Shown here one piece after another: positions 13,203-23,340 of a DNA stretch of 39,846 nt. The notes beneath the pieces were generated by a model that was not told the DNA's origin, ran no database searches, and saw only the letters and a program-made list of their open reading frames with translations. Position numbers and translations under genes: made by a program. This DNA is from Escherichia coli (GTDB taxonomy: Bacteria; Pseudomonadota; Gammaproteobacteria; Enterobacterales; Enterobacteriaceae). Within the stretch, counting starts at the first letter, position 1; each line of letters begins with the position of its first letter. The stretch lies in assembly GCF_003334335.1 (NCBI RefSeq), contig NZ_QOWQ01000039.1; one strand, written 5' to 3'.

Positions 13203-14634
13203 GCCATTTCAGCGCCCGTTTTCGCTGGCAACCCGCCTGACCTTTTTTATCAGCCTGGCCACCATCGCGGCGTTTTTCGCCTTTGCATGGATCATGATCC
13301 ACTCAGTAAAAGTGCATTTTGCCGAGCAGGATATTAATGATTTAAAAGAGATTAGCGCCACCCTTGAACGGGTACTAAATCACCCTGACGAAACGCAAGC
13401 CCGACGCTTAATGACGCTGGAAGATATCGTCAGTGGTTATTCCAATGTGTTGATTTCCCTGGCAGATAGTCAGGGTAAAACGGTGTATCACTCCCCCGGT
13501 GCGCCCGATATCCGCGAGTTTACGCGTGACGCCATACCCGATAAAGACGCGCGGGGCGGCGAGGTGTATCTCCTTTCCGGCCCGACGATTATGATGCCAG
13601 GGCACGGTCACGGGCATATGGAACACAGCAACTGGCGGATGATTAACTTACCGGTTGGCCCGCTGGTTGACGGCAAACCGATTTATACGCTCTACATCGC
13701 GCTTTCGATCGATTTTCATCTTCATTACATAAATGATTTGATGAATAAACTTATTATGACCGCATCGGTAATCAGCATCCTGATCGTCTTTATCGTGCTG
13801 TTGGCGGTACATAAAGGTCACGCGCCGATCCGCAGCGTCAGCCGTCAAATCCAGAATATTACCTCGAAAGATCTCGACGTTCGCCTTGACCCGCAGACCG
13901 TGCCCATTGAGCTGGAACAGCTGGTACTGTCGTTCAACCATATGATCGAGCGTATTGAGGATGTCTTTACCCGCCAGTCCAATTTCTCAGCGGATATCGC
14001 TCACGAAATTCGCACACCAATTACGAATCTCATAACGCAAACCGAAATCGCCCTCAGCCAGTCGCGCAGCCAGAAGGAGCTGGAAGATGTGCTCTACTCT
14101 AATCTCGAAGAGCTGACGCGAATGGCGAAAATGGTCAGCGATATGCTGTTTCTCGCTCAGGCCGATAACAACCAGCTAATCCCCGAAAAGAAAATGCTCA
14201 ACCTGGCGGATGAAGTCGGCAAAGTGTTCGATTTTTTCGAGGCGTTAGCGGAAGATCGCGGCGTGGAGTTGCGGTTTGTTGGCGACAAGTGTCAGGTCGC
14301 GGGCGATCCGCTGATGCTGCGTCGGGCGCTAAGCAACCTGCTTTCGAACGCCCTGCGTTATACGCCAACCGGAGAGACAATTGTAGTGCGCTGTCAGACG
14401 GTCGATCACCTGGTGCAAGTTATCGTCGAAAACCCCGGTACGCCCATTGCGCCCGAGCACTTACCGCGATTGTTTGACCGTTTCTATCGCGTTGACCCCT
14501 CCCGCCAGCGAAAAGGTGAAGGTAGCGGTATTGGCCTGGCGATAGTGAAATCGATTGTTGTCGCGCATAAAGGCACGGTTGCGGTAACGTCGGATGCGCG
14601 GGGGACAAGGTTTGTTATCACATTACCCGCTTAA
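13192..14634 (+). CDS. cusS: Copper/silver sensor histidine kinase CusS (480 aa)
   Basis: ORF trimmed to ATG at 13192 ([19 protein letters not shown]...); two transmembrane segments, H-box ([10 protein letters not shown]) and ATPase motifs; overlaps cusR by 11 nt. Confidence 0.93.
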
Positions 14635-14783
14635 TCCTTCAGCAAACGGCAACTTTTATAACCAGTGTAAAAATAACGTGCCGCAATAGTCATACCTATT
14701 AATGGTAAAAAGCTGTCACAATTCATAAAAAACCTTAATATACGCCACCCTAAACATAACCAGCGTTAATGTAAGGTTTTTGT

Positions 14784-17021
14784 GTGGACTGGCTTCTTGA
14801 TGTTTTTGCTACCTGGCTCTACGGCTTAAAAGTAATCGCGATAACGTTAGCGGTCATCATGTTCATCAGCGGGCTGGACGATTTTTTTATTGATGTCGTC
14901 TACTGGGTACGCCGCATTAAACGCAAGTTGAGTGTTTATCGCCGCTACCCGCGAATGAGTTACCGCGAACTGTATAAACCAGATGAAAAACCGTTAGCGA
15001 TTATGGTTCCGGCGTGGAATGAAACGGGCGTCATCGGCAATATGGCCGAGCTGGCGGCGACCACGCTCGACTACGAAAACTATCATATCTTTGTTGGCAC
15101 CTACCCCAACGCCCCCGATACTCAGCGTGATGTTGACGAAGTGTGCGCTCGCTTCCCGAATGTGCATAAGGTAGTCTGCGCGCGTCCTGGCCCCACCAGC
15201 AAAGCCGACTGTCTGAACAACGTGCTGGACGCCATCACCCAATTTGAGCGTAGCGCCAATTTCGCTTTTGCTGGTTTTATTCTGCATGACGCCGAAGATG
15301 TGATTTCACCGATGGAATTGCGTCTGTTCAACTATCTGGTCGAGCGTAAAGATCTGATTCAGATCCCGGTGTATCCGTTCGAACGCGAATGGACGCACTT
15401 CACCAGCATGACTTACATTGATGAGTTTTCAGAGCTGCATGGCAAAGATGTTCCGGTGCGTGAAGCCCTCGCCGGACAAGTGCCCAGCGCAGGCGTCGGC
15501 ACCTGTTTCAGCCGCCGCGCCGTGACCGCACTGTTAGCTGACGGTGACGGTATTGCTTTCGACGTGCAGAGTCTTACTGAAGATTACGACATTGGCTTCC
15601 GCCTGAAAGAAAAAGGTATGACGGAAATTTTTGTCCGTTTTCCGGTGGTGGACGAAGCCAAAGAACGCGAGCAGCGTAAATTTTTACAGCACGCGCGGAC
15701 ATCAAACATGATCTGCGTGCGCGAATATTTCCCCGATACCTTTTCGACTGCGGTTCGACAAAAATCCCGCTGGATCATCGGCATTGTTTTCCAAGGCTTT
15801 AAAACCCATAAATGGACCTCCAGCCTGACGCTGAACTACTTTCTCTGGCGCGACCGCAAAGGGGCAATCAGTAACTTTGTCAGCTTCCTCGCGATGCTGG
15901 TGATGATCCAGCTTTTGCTGTTGCTGGCGTATGAAAGTTTGTGGCCCGATGCCTGGCATTTCCTTTCTATTTTCAGCGGCAGCGCATGGTTAATGACCCT
16001 GCTGTGGCTAAACTTTGGTTTGATGGTTAACCGCATCGTGCAGCGGGTGATTTTCGTTACTGGCTACTACGGCCTGACGCAGGAGCTGCTTTCCGTCCTG
16101 CGTCTTTTCTGGGGCAACCTGATTAACTTCATGGCCAACTGGCGCGCGCTAAAACAGGTACTTCAACACGGCGATCCACGTCGCGTGGCGTGGGATAAAA
16201 CAACGCATGACTTCCCCAGCGTGACTGGCGATACCCGCTCGTTGCGCCCGTTAGGTCAAATTCTGCTGGAAAATCAGGTCATCACTGAAGAACAACTCGA
16301 TACAGCACTGCGTAATCGCGTCGAAGGTCTACGCCTGGGCGGTTCAATGCTGATGCAGGGGCTGATTAGCGCCGAGCAGCTGGCACAGGCGCTGGCAGAG
16401 CAAAACGGCGTGGCGTGGGAATCCATCGATGCCTGGCAGATCCCTTCCTCGCTGATTGCCGAAATGCCGGCCTCCGTGGCGCTGCATTATGCGGTACTGC
16501 CGCTGCGTCTGGAAAATGACGAGTTAATTGTCGGCAGTGAAGATGGTATTGACCCGGTTTCGCTGGCGGCCCTGACGCGTAAAGTCGGACGCAAAGTGCG
16601 TTACGTCATTGTTCTGCGGGGACAAATTGTCACAGGGTTACGTCACTGGTATGCACGCCGACGCGGTCACGATCCGCGGGCAATGTTGTACAATGCGGTT
16701 CAGCATCAGTGGCTCACGGAACAGCAGGCCGGTGAAATCTGGCGGCAATATGTGCCGCATCAGTTCCTGTTCGCCGAAATACTGACCACGCTCGGTCATA
16801 TTAATCGTTCAGCAATTAACGTGTTGTTATTGCGCCATGAACGCAGTTCTCTGCCGCTCGGCAAGTTTTTGGTCACCGAAGGCGTTATCAGCCAGGAAAC
16901 GTTGGATCGCGTCCTGACAATTCAACGCGAATTACAAGTTTCGATGCAATCACTATTACTCAAAGCAGGTTTAAACACAGAACAGGTTGCGCAACTGGAG
17001 TCCGAAAATGAAGGAGAATAA
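14784..17021 (+). CDS. nfrB: NfrB: inner-membrane family-2 glycosyltransferase needed for bacteriophage N4 adsorption (745 aa)
   Basis: 745-aa ORF starting at GTG 14784 (MDWLLDVFATWLYGLKV...), recognised as NfrB. Confidence 0.9.
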   Translation: MDWLLDVFATWLYGLKVIAITLAVIMFISGLDDFFIDVVYWVRRIKRKLSVYRRYPRMSYRELYKPDEKPLAIMVPAWNETGVIGNMAELAATTLDYENYHIFVGTYPNAPDTQRDVDEVCARFPNVHKVVCARPGPTSKADCLNNVLDAITQFERSANFAFAGFILHDAEDVISPMELRLFNYLVERKDLIQIPVYPFEREWTHFTSMTYIDEFSELHGKDVPVREALAGQVPSAGVGTCFSRRAVTALLADGDGIAFDVQSLTEDYDIGFRLKEKGMTEIFVRFPVVDEAKEREQRKFLQHARTSNMICVREYFPDTFSTAVRQKSRWIIGIVFQGFKTHKWTSSLTLNYFLWRDRKGAISNFVSFLAMLVMIQLLLLLAYESLWPDAWHFLSIFSGSAWLMTLLWLNFGLMVNRIVQRVIFVTGYYGLTQELLSVLRLFWGNLINFMANWRALKQVLQHGDPRRVAWDKTTHDFPSVTGDTRSLRPLGQILLENQVITEEQLDTALRNRVEGLRLGGSMLMQGLISAEQLAQALAEQNGVAWESIDAWQIPSSLIAEMPASVALHYAVLPLRLENDELIVGSEDGIDPVSLAALTRKVGRKVRYVIVLRGQIVTGLRHWYARRRGHDPRAMLYNAVQHQWLTEQQAGEIWRQYVPHQFLFAEILTTLGHINRSAINVLLLRHERSSLPLGKFLVTEGVISQETLDRVLTIQRELQVSMQSLLLKAGLNTEQVAQLESENEGE

Positions 17022-19980
17022 CCTTAATCGCGTCATCGGATGGTCTGGTTTACTGCTGACGTCTTTATTGAGTACCAGCGCACTCGCAGACAATATCGGC
17101 ACCAGCGCAGAAGAGCTGGGGCTGAGCGATTATCGCCATTTTGTTATTTATCCCCGTCTCGATAAAGCGCTGAAGGCACAGAAAAATAACGACGAAGCAA
17201 CCGCCATCCGCGAATTTGAATATATACACCAGCAGGTGCCGGATAATATTCCGCTGACTTTATACCTTGCGGAAGCCTATCGCCATTTTGGTCATGATGA
17301 CCGGGCGCGGCTGTTGCTTGAGGATCAACTGAAACGTCACCCAGGAGATGCCCGACTTGAGCGCAGTCTGGCGGCTATTCCGGTTGAAGTGAAAAGCGTT
17401 ACGACAGTTGAAGAACTGCTTGCCCAGCAAAAAGCGTGCGATGCTGCGCCGACCCTGCGTTGTCGCAGTGAAGTCGGGCAGAATGCCCTGCGGCTGGCAC
17501 AGTTACCTGTCGCCAGAGCGCAACTGAACGATGCGACGTTTGCTGCATCGCCGGAAGGAAAAACGCTGCGAACCGATCTGCTGCAACGGGCAATCTACCT
17601 GAAACAATGGTCCCAGGCAGATACGCTATACAATGAAGCACGCCAGCAGAACACATTAAGCGCGGCAGAACGCCGTCAGTGGTTTGACGTGCTTCTTGCC
17701 GGGCAGCTGGACGATCGGATCCTGGCACTGCAATCACAGGGGATCTTCACCGATCCTCAGTCATATATTACTTACGCGACCGCGCTGGCTTATCGTGGCG
17801 AAAAAGCACGCCTCCAGCATTATCTCATTGAAAATAAGCCACTATTTACCACGGACGCACAAGAGAAAAGTTGGCTCTATCTGTTATCTAAATACAGCGC
17901 TAACCCCGTTCAGGCGTTGGCGAATTATACGGTACAGTTTGCCGACAACCGCCAGTATGTTGTTGGCGCGACGCTACCGGTGCTGTTAAAAGAAGGTCAG
18001 TACGACGCAGCGCAAAAACTGCTCGCCACCCTCCCCGCCAATGAAATGCTTGAGGAGCGTTATGCTGTCAGCGTGGCGACCCGTAACAAGGCTGAAGCTC
18101 TGCGTCTGGCACGATTGCTGTATCAGCAAGAACCGGCAAATCTTACCCGCCTGGATCAACTAACCTGGCAACTGATGCAGAACGAGCAGTCACGCGAAGC
18201 TGCCGATTTATTGCTGCAACGCTATCCTTTCCAGGGCGATGCGCGTGTCAGCCAGACTTTAATGGCGCGACTGGCGTCTCTGCTGGAAAGTCATCCTTAC
18301 CTGGCAACGCCGGCGAAGGTGGCGATTTTATCGAAACCCTTACCGCTGGCGGAGCAACGTCAGTGGCAAAGTCAGTTGCCGGGTATTGCAGATAATTGCC
18401 CGGCAATAGTTCGCTTGCTGGGCGATATGTCGCCTTCCTACGATGCCGCCGCCTGGAACCGTCTGGCAAAGTGTTATCGGGACACGCTACCCGGTGTGGC
18501 GTTGTATGCATGGCTTCAGGCCGAACAACGACAACCGAGCGCCTGGCAACATCGTGCGGTAGCCTATCAGGCGTATCAGGTTGAGGACTACGCCACCGCA
18601 CTGGCGGCCTGGCAGAAAATCAGTCTTCACGACATGAGCAATGAGGATCTGCTTGCTGCTGCCAATACCGCCCAGGCGGCAGGAAATGGTGCGGCTCGCG
18701 ATCGCTGGCTACAACAGGCAGAAAAACGTGGACTGGGAAGCAATGCCCTCTACTGGTGGCTGCATGCGCAACGTTACATTCCTGGTCAGCCGGAACTCGC
18801 ACTGAACGATCTCACGCGCTCAATCAATATTGCGCCTTCTGCCAACGCTTACGTTGCGCGGGCGACAATTTATCGCCAACGTCATAATGTCCCGGCCGCG
18901 GTGAGTGATTTGCGCGCCGCGCTGGAACTGGAACCGAATAATAGCAACACCCAGGCAGCGCTTGGTTACGCCTTGTGGGATAGCGGTGATATCGCACAGT
19001 CGCGGGAAATGCTCGAACCGGCGCATAAAGGGCTTCCGGACGATCCGGCACTGATCCGACAACTGGCCTACGTGAACCAGCGTCTGGATGACATGCCTGC
19101 GACGCAGCACTACGCCCGGCTGGTGATTGATGACATTGATGATCAGGCGCTGATAACCCCACTGACCCCAGAACAAAATCAACAACGCTTCAATTTCCGC
19201 CGTTTGCATGAGGAGGTCGGTCGCCGCTGGACGTTCAGTTTCGATTCTTCCATCGGCTTGCGTTCCGGCGCAATGAGTACCGCTAACAATAATGTCGGCG
19301 GCGCAGCGCCAGGGAAAAGCTATCGTAGCTACGGACAACTGGAAGCCGAGTACCGCATCGGACGCAATATGCTGCTGGAAGGCGACCTGCTCTCAGTTTA
19401 TAGCCGCGTCTTTGCCGATACCGGAGAAAACGGGGTGATGATGCCGGTGAAAAATCCGATGTCCGGCACCGGTCTGCGCTGGAAGCCGCTGCGCGATCAG
19501 ATCTTTTTCATCGCCGTCGAACAGCAGTTGCCGCTGAACGGCCAAAATGGCGCATCCGATACCATGCTGCGCGCCAGCGCCTCATTCTTTAATGGCGGCA
19601 AATACAGCGACGAATGGCACCCGAACGGTTCAGGCTGGTTTGCCCAAAACCTGTACCTCGATGCGGCGCAATATATCCGCCAGGATATTCAGGCGTGGAC
19701 GGCAGATTATCGCGTCAGCTGGCATCAGAAGGTAGCTAACGGACAGACTATTGAGCCTTACGCTCACGTTCAGGACAACGGCTATCGTGATAAAGGCACT
19801 CAGGGCGCGCAGCTTGGCGGAGTCGGGGTCCGCTGGAATATCTGGACCGGCGAGACGCACTACGACGCCTGGCCGCACAAAGTCAGTCTCGGCGTCGAGT
19901 ATCAACATACCTTTAAGGCGATTAATCAACGTAACGGAGAGCGCAACAACGCGTTTCTCACCATTGGAGTGCACTGGTAA
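17008..19980 (+). CDS. nfrA: NfrA: outer-membrane protein, bacteriophage N4 receptor (990 aa)
   Basis: ORF trimmed to ATG at 17008 (MKENNLNRVIGWSGLLLTSLLSTSALA, signal peptide); TPR-like repeats then C-terminal beta-rich domain; overlaps nfrB by 14 nt. Confidence 0.9.
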   Translation: MKENNLNRVIGWSGLLLTSLLSTSALADNIGTSAEELGLSDYRHFVIYPRLDKALKAQKNNDEATAIREFEYIHQQVPDNIPLTLYLAEAYRHFGHDDRARLLLEDQLKRHPGDARLERSLAAIPVEVKSVTTVEELLAQQKACDAAPTLRCRSEVGQNALRLAQLPVARAQLNDATFAASPEGKTLRTDLLQRAIYLKQWSQADTLYNEARQQNTLSAAERRQWFDVLLAGQLDDRILALQSQGIFTDPQSYITYATALAYRGEKARLQHYLIENKPLFTTDAQEKSWLYLLSKYSANPVQALANYTVQFADNRQYVVGATLPVLLKEGQYDAAQKLLATLPANEMLEERYAVSVATRNKAEALRLARLLYQQEPANLTRLDQLTWQLMQNEQSREAADLLLQRYPFQGDARVSQTLMARLASLLESHPYLATPAKVAILSKPLPLAEQRQWQSQLPGIADNCPAIVRLLGDMSPSYDAAAWNRLAKCYRDTLPGVALYAWLQAEQRQPSAWQHRAVAYQAYQVEDYATALAAWQKISLHDMSNEDLLAAANTAQAAGNGAARDRWLQQAEKRGLGSNALYWWLHAQRYIPGQPELALNDLTRSINIAPSANAYVARATIYRQRHNVPAAVSDLRAALELEPNNSNTQAALGYALWDSGDIAQSREMLEPAHKGLPDDPALIRQLAYVNQRLDDMPATQHYARLVIDDIDDQALITPLTPEQNQQRFNFRRLHEEVGRRWTFSFDSSIGLRSGAMSTANNNVGGAAPGKSYRSYGQLEAEYRIGRNMLLEGDLLSVYSRVFADTGENGVMMPVKNPMSGTGLRWKPLRDQIFFIAVEQQLPLNGQNGASDTMLRASASFFNGGKYSDEWHPNGSGWFAQNLYLDAAQYIRQDIQAWTADYRVSWHQKVANGQTIEPYAHVQDNGYRDKGTQGAQLGGVGVRWNIWTGETHYDAWPHKVSLGVEYQHTFKAINQRNGERNNAFLTIGVHW

Positions 19981-20871
19981 ATGCGTAAGTTCATTTTCGT
20001 ATTGCTGACACTGCTTTTGGTCAGCCCTTTTTCCTTTGCGATGAAAGGTATTATCTGGCAACCACAAAACCGAGATAGTCAGGTTACCGATACCCAGTGG
20101 CAGGGGCTGATGAGTCAGTTACGTTTGCAAGGCTTCGATACCCTTGTTTTGCAATGGACCCGTTACGGCGATGCATTTACCCAGCCAGAACAGCGCACGT
20201 TATTGTTTAAGCGGGCCGCAGCTGCGCAACAGGCTGGTCTGAAGCTTATTGTCGGGCTGAACGCCGATCCGGAATTTTTTATGCACCAGAAACAGTCGTC
20301 CGCAGCGCTGGAAAGCTATCTTAATCGCCTGCTGGCTGCCGATCTCCAGCAAGCCAGATTATGGAGCGCCGCGCCTGGCATAACGCCGGATGGCTGGTAC
20401 ATCAGCGCGGAAATTGACGACCTGAACTGGCGCAGCGAAGCCGCCCGTCAGCCTTTGCTAACATGGTTAAACAACGCGCAGCGGCTGATTAGCGATGTTT
20501 CAGCAAAACCGGTTTATATCAGTAGTTTTTTCGCCGGAAACATGTCGCCCGATGGCTATCGCCAACTGCTGGAACACGTTAAAGCAACCGGCGTTAATGT
20601 CTGGGTACAGGATGGCAGCGGCGTGGATAAACTGACCGCTGAACAGCGTGAACGTTATTTACAGGCCAGCGCCGATTGCCAAAGTCCCGCCCCTGCCAGC
20701 GGCGTTGTTTATGAACTTTTTGTCGCCGGCAAAGGCAAAACCTTTACAGCGAAACCGAAACCGGACGCAGAAATTGCCTCGCTGTTAGCGAAACGTTCCT
20801 CTTGCGGTAAAGACACTCTCTATTTCTCTCTGCGCTATTTGCCCGTCGCGCACGGCATTCTCGAGTATTAA
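19981..20871 (+). CDS. ybcH: YbcH, secreted protein of the nfrBA-ybcH operon (296 aa)
   Basis: 296-aa ORF with signal peptide (MRKFIFVLLTLLLVSPFSFA); ATG immediately follows the nfrA stop codon. Confidence 0.88.
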   Translation: MRKFIFVLLTLLLVSPFSFAMKGIIWQPQNRDSQVTDTQWQGLMSQLRLQGFDTLVLQWTRYGDAFTQPEQRTLLFKRAAAAQQAGLKLIVGLNADPEFFMHQKQSSAALESYLNRLLAADLQQARLWSAAPGITPDGWYISAEIDDLNWRSEAARQPLLTWLNNAQRLISDVSAKPVYISSFFAGNMSPDGYRQLLEHVKATGVNVWVQDGSGVDKLTAEQRERYLQASADCQSPAPASGVVYELFVAGKGKTFTAKPKPDAEIASLLAKRSSCGKDTLYFSLRYLPVAHGILEY

Positions 20872-21053
20872 ATCTCCTCCAGGTAAGTCGGGTACGACCT
20901 GGCTTACCTCTTTCGCTCTCATCAGAATTCCATCAAGATTAATTGCTAAAAAGCGTGCTAAAGAAAGAAGATCGTTATCGGCGAACGGGCCGATCACTCA
21001 TGCAGGAAGCATAGATCCTTTGAGCGGAGTTTCTGATATCTGAGGAGTGCGAA

Positions 21054-21815
21054 ATGCAATTGAGCAGCAGTGAACCTTGCGTGGTGATCCTGACCGAAAA
21101 AGAGGTAGAGGTAAGCGTCAATAACCATGCTACGTTTACCCTTCCGAAAAACTACCTGGCCGCCTTCGCGTGCAACAATAACGTCATTGAACTCTCAACG
21201 TTAAATCACGTATTAATCACCCACATCAACCGTAACATCATCAACGATTATCTGTTGTTTTTAAATAAGAACTTAACCTGTGTAAAGCCCTGGTCGCGGC
21301 TGGCAACCCCGGTTATCGCTTGTCATAGCCGTACACCGGAAGTGTTCCGGCTAGCCGCCAACCACAGCAAGCAGCAACCCAGCAGACCCTGCGAAGCGGA
21401 GTTGACGCGCGCATTGCTTTTTACCGTATTGTCTAACTTTCTTGAGCAATCGCGGTTTATTGCCCTACTGATGTATATCTTACGCAGCAGCGTCCGCGAC
21501 AGCGTCTGCCGCATTATTCAAAGCGATATTCAGCATTACTGGAATCTGCGAATTGTCGCCAGTTCGCTATGTTTAAGCCCCAGCCTGCTCAAAAAGAAAT
21601 TAAAAAACGAAAATACCAGCTATAGCCAGATTGTCACAGAGTGTCGTATGCGTTACGCCGTACAGATGTTATTGATGGATAACAAAAATATCACTCAGGT
21701 GGCGCAATTATGTGGCTATAGCAGCACGTCGTACTTTATCTCTGTTTTTAAGGCGTTTTACGGCCTGACACCGTTGAATTATCTCGCCAAACAGCGACAA
21801 AAAGTGATGTGGTGA
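21054..21815 (+). CDS. envY: AraC-family transcriptional regulator EnvY (253 aa)
   Basis: 253-aa ORF with C-terminal AraC-type helix-turn-helix (...QVAQLCGYSSTSYFISVFKAFYGLTPLNY); position next to ybcH. Confidence 0.85.
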   Translation: MQLSSSEPCVVILTEKEVEVSVNNHATFTLPKNYLAAFACNNNVIELSTLNHVLITHINRNIINDYLLFLNKNLTCVKPWSRLATPVIACHSRTPEVFRLAANHSKQQPSRPCEAELTRALLFTVLSNFLEQSRFIALLMYILRSSVRDSVCRIIQSDIQHYWNLRIVASSLCLSPSLLKKKLKNENTSYSQIVTECRMRYAVQMLLMDNKNITQVAQLCGYSSTSYFISVFKAFYGLTPLNYLAKQRQKVMW

Positions 21816-21860
21816 AGGGCAAAGCGGAAACGGATAAGACGGGCATAAATGAGGAAGAAA

Positions 21861-21937
21861 TGGCGCGCCCTGCAGGATTCGAACCTGCGGCCCACGACTT
21901 AGAAGGTCGTTGCTCTATCCAACTGAGCTAAGGGCGC
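21861..21937 (-). tRNA. argU: tRNA-Arg (anticodon UCU), argU
   Basis: Reverse complement reads GCGCCCTTAGCTCAGTTGGATAGAGCAACGACCTTCTAAGTCGTGGGCCGCAGGTTCGAATCCTGCAGGGCGCGCCA: full cloverleaf, anticodon loop CUUCUAAG, encoded CCA end. Confidence 0.95.
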
Positions 21938-22179
21938 GTTGATACCGCAATGCGGTGTAATCGCGTGAATTATACGGTCAACCCTTGCTGAGTCAATGGC
22001 TTTTGATCTGGTTGCTGAACAAGTGAACGACCGCGTCTGATTTTCTGATTTATTTCGCTATAGCGGCAAACAAACGCACACCGCTGCGCGTCTGAATCAA
22101 GAAAACCCGTATTTTCATGTATCAAAGTACAATTTCCCGACCTAACGGAAAATTGTCCGCTCCTATGAGACTGGTAACT

Positions 22180-22812
22180 ATGAAACCAACGTCGGTGATC
22201 ATTATGGATACTCATCCTATCATCAGAATGTCTATTGAAGTTCTGTTGCAAAAAAACAGTGAATTGCAGATTGTCCTGAAAACGGATGATTATCGCATAA
22301 CCATCGATTATCTCCGAACCCGTCCTGTTGATTTAATCATTATGGATATAGACTTGCCCGGAACAGACGGTTTTACCTTCCTGAAAAGGATCAAACAAAT
22401 CCAGAGCACAGTGAAAGTGTTATTTTTATCATCGAAATCAGAATGCTTTTATGCTGGCAGAGCGATACAAGCTGGTGCTAACGGTTTTGTCAGTAAATGC
22501 AATGATCAGAATGATATTTTTCATGCCGTTCAGATGATCCTCTCCGGATACACGTTTTTTCCCAGCGAAACGCTTAACTATATAAAAAGCAATAAATGTA
22601 GTACGAATAGTTCAACGGTCACTGTGCTATCTAATCGTGAAGTGACCATATTACGTTATCTGGTTAGCGGATTATCTAATAAAGAAATTGCCGATAAGTT
22701 ATTACTTAGCAATAAAACAGTTAGTGCGCATAAATCTAATATTTATGGCAAGCTAGGTTTGCATTCAATTGTAGAGCTTATCGACTACGCCAAATTATAC
22801 GAATTAATATAA
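22180..22812 (+). CDS. fimZ: Fimbrial regulator FimZ, LuxR/NarL-family response regulator (210 aa)
   Basis: ORF trimmed to ATG at 22180 (MKPTSVIIMDTHPIIRMSIEVLL...); receiver domain plus C-terminal LuxR-type helix-turn-helix. Confidence 0.9.
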   Translation: MKPTSVIIMDTHPIIRMSIEVLLQKNSELQIVLKTDDYRITIDYLRTRPVDLIIMDIDLPGTDGFTFLKRIKQIQSTVKVLFLSSKSECFYAGRAIQAGANGFVSKCNDQNDIFHAVQMILSGYTFFPSETLNYIKSNKCSTNSSTVTVLSNREVTILRYLVSGLSNKEIADKLLLSNKTVSAHKSNIYGKLGLHSIVELIDYAKLYELI

Positions 22813-22814
22813 TA

Positions 22815-23330
22815 TTAATTATAATTGATCATAAATATCGCATCCGCTTTCGCCACACCTGGCCGAACACCGCTGGCTAACGCTCGATAATTGGCAAAAA
22901 AGTTTAGTGTGACATTGCCATTTGCATCTACTTCCTCAGTCGGGCTCGCCTCCCCCAGTGCGAGCCGGGAGCGATCGCTATTACGTAATTCGATGGCGAC
23001 GGTTTGTGCCATTGCGGGATCATCCAGAGCCAGCAGGTTGGTATCGGATGCCGGCGTTCCCGTAAATAAAATCGCAACTGAACCCGGAGGACATCCCTCC
23101 AGCCGCAGGCTAAAAGGGACGAGTGCCGTGGTATCGCCAGCGTTCAGTAGTTGTGTCGTAGGCCATCTGCCTAAATCTACCGTCTTATCAATATCCGCTG
23201 TGTTTACGGTACAGGAGAAATCAACAACGTTACCGTGCAAATTGATATTAATCGTTCCTAAAGGGTCAACTGCCCATCCACTGGAACTCCACAGTAGCCC
23301 GCAGAAACAGCTAAAGAGTACTCTTCTCAT
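22815..23330 (-). CDS. sfmF: Fimbrial minor subunit SfmF (171 aa)
   Basis: ORF 22815..23525 trimmed to the ATG giving MRRVLFSCFCGLLWSSSGWA signal peptide; fimbrial subunit fold with C-terminal ...ADAIFMINYN. Confidence 0.85.
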   Translation of the reverse strand: MRRVLFSCFCGLLWSSSGWAVDPLGTININLHGNVVDFSCTVNTADIDKTVDLGRWPTTQLLNAGDTTALVPFSLRLEGCPPGSVAILFTGTPASDTNLLALDDPAMAQTVAIELRNSDRSRLALGEASPTEEVDANGNVTLNFFANYRALASGVRPGVAKADAIFMINYN

Positions 23331-23340
23331 TCTCCGTACC

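Noticed and set aside
20872-21053. Stem-loop after ybcH (ccaggtaagtcgggtacgacctggcttacct, about 20879-20913) as a terminator or small RNA
   Set aside because: Imperfect hairpin with alternative pairings and no clear U-tract; insufficient evidence from sequence alone.
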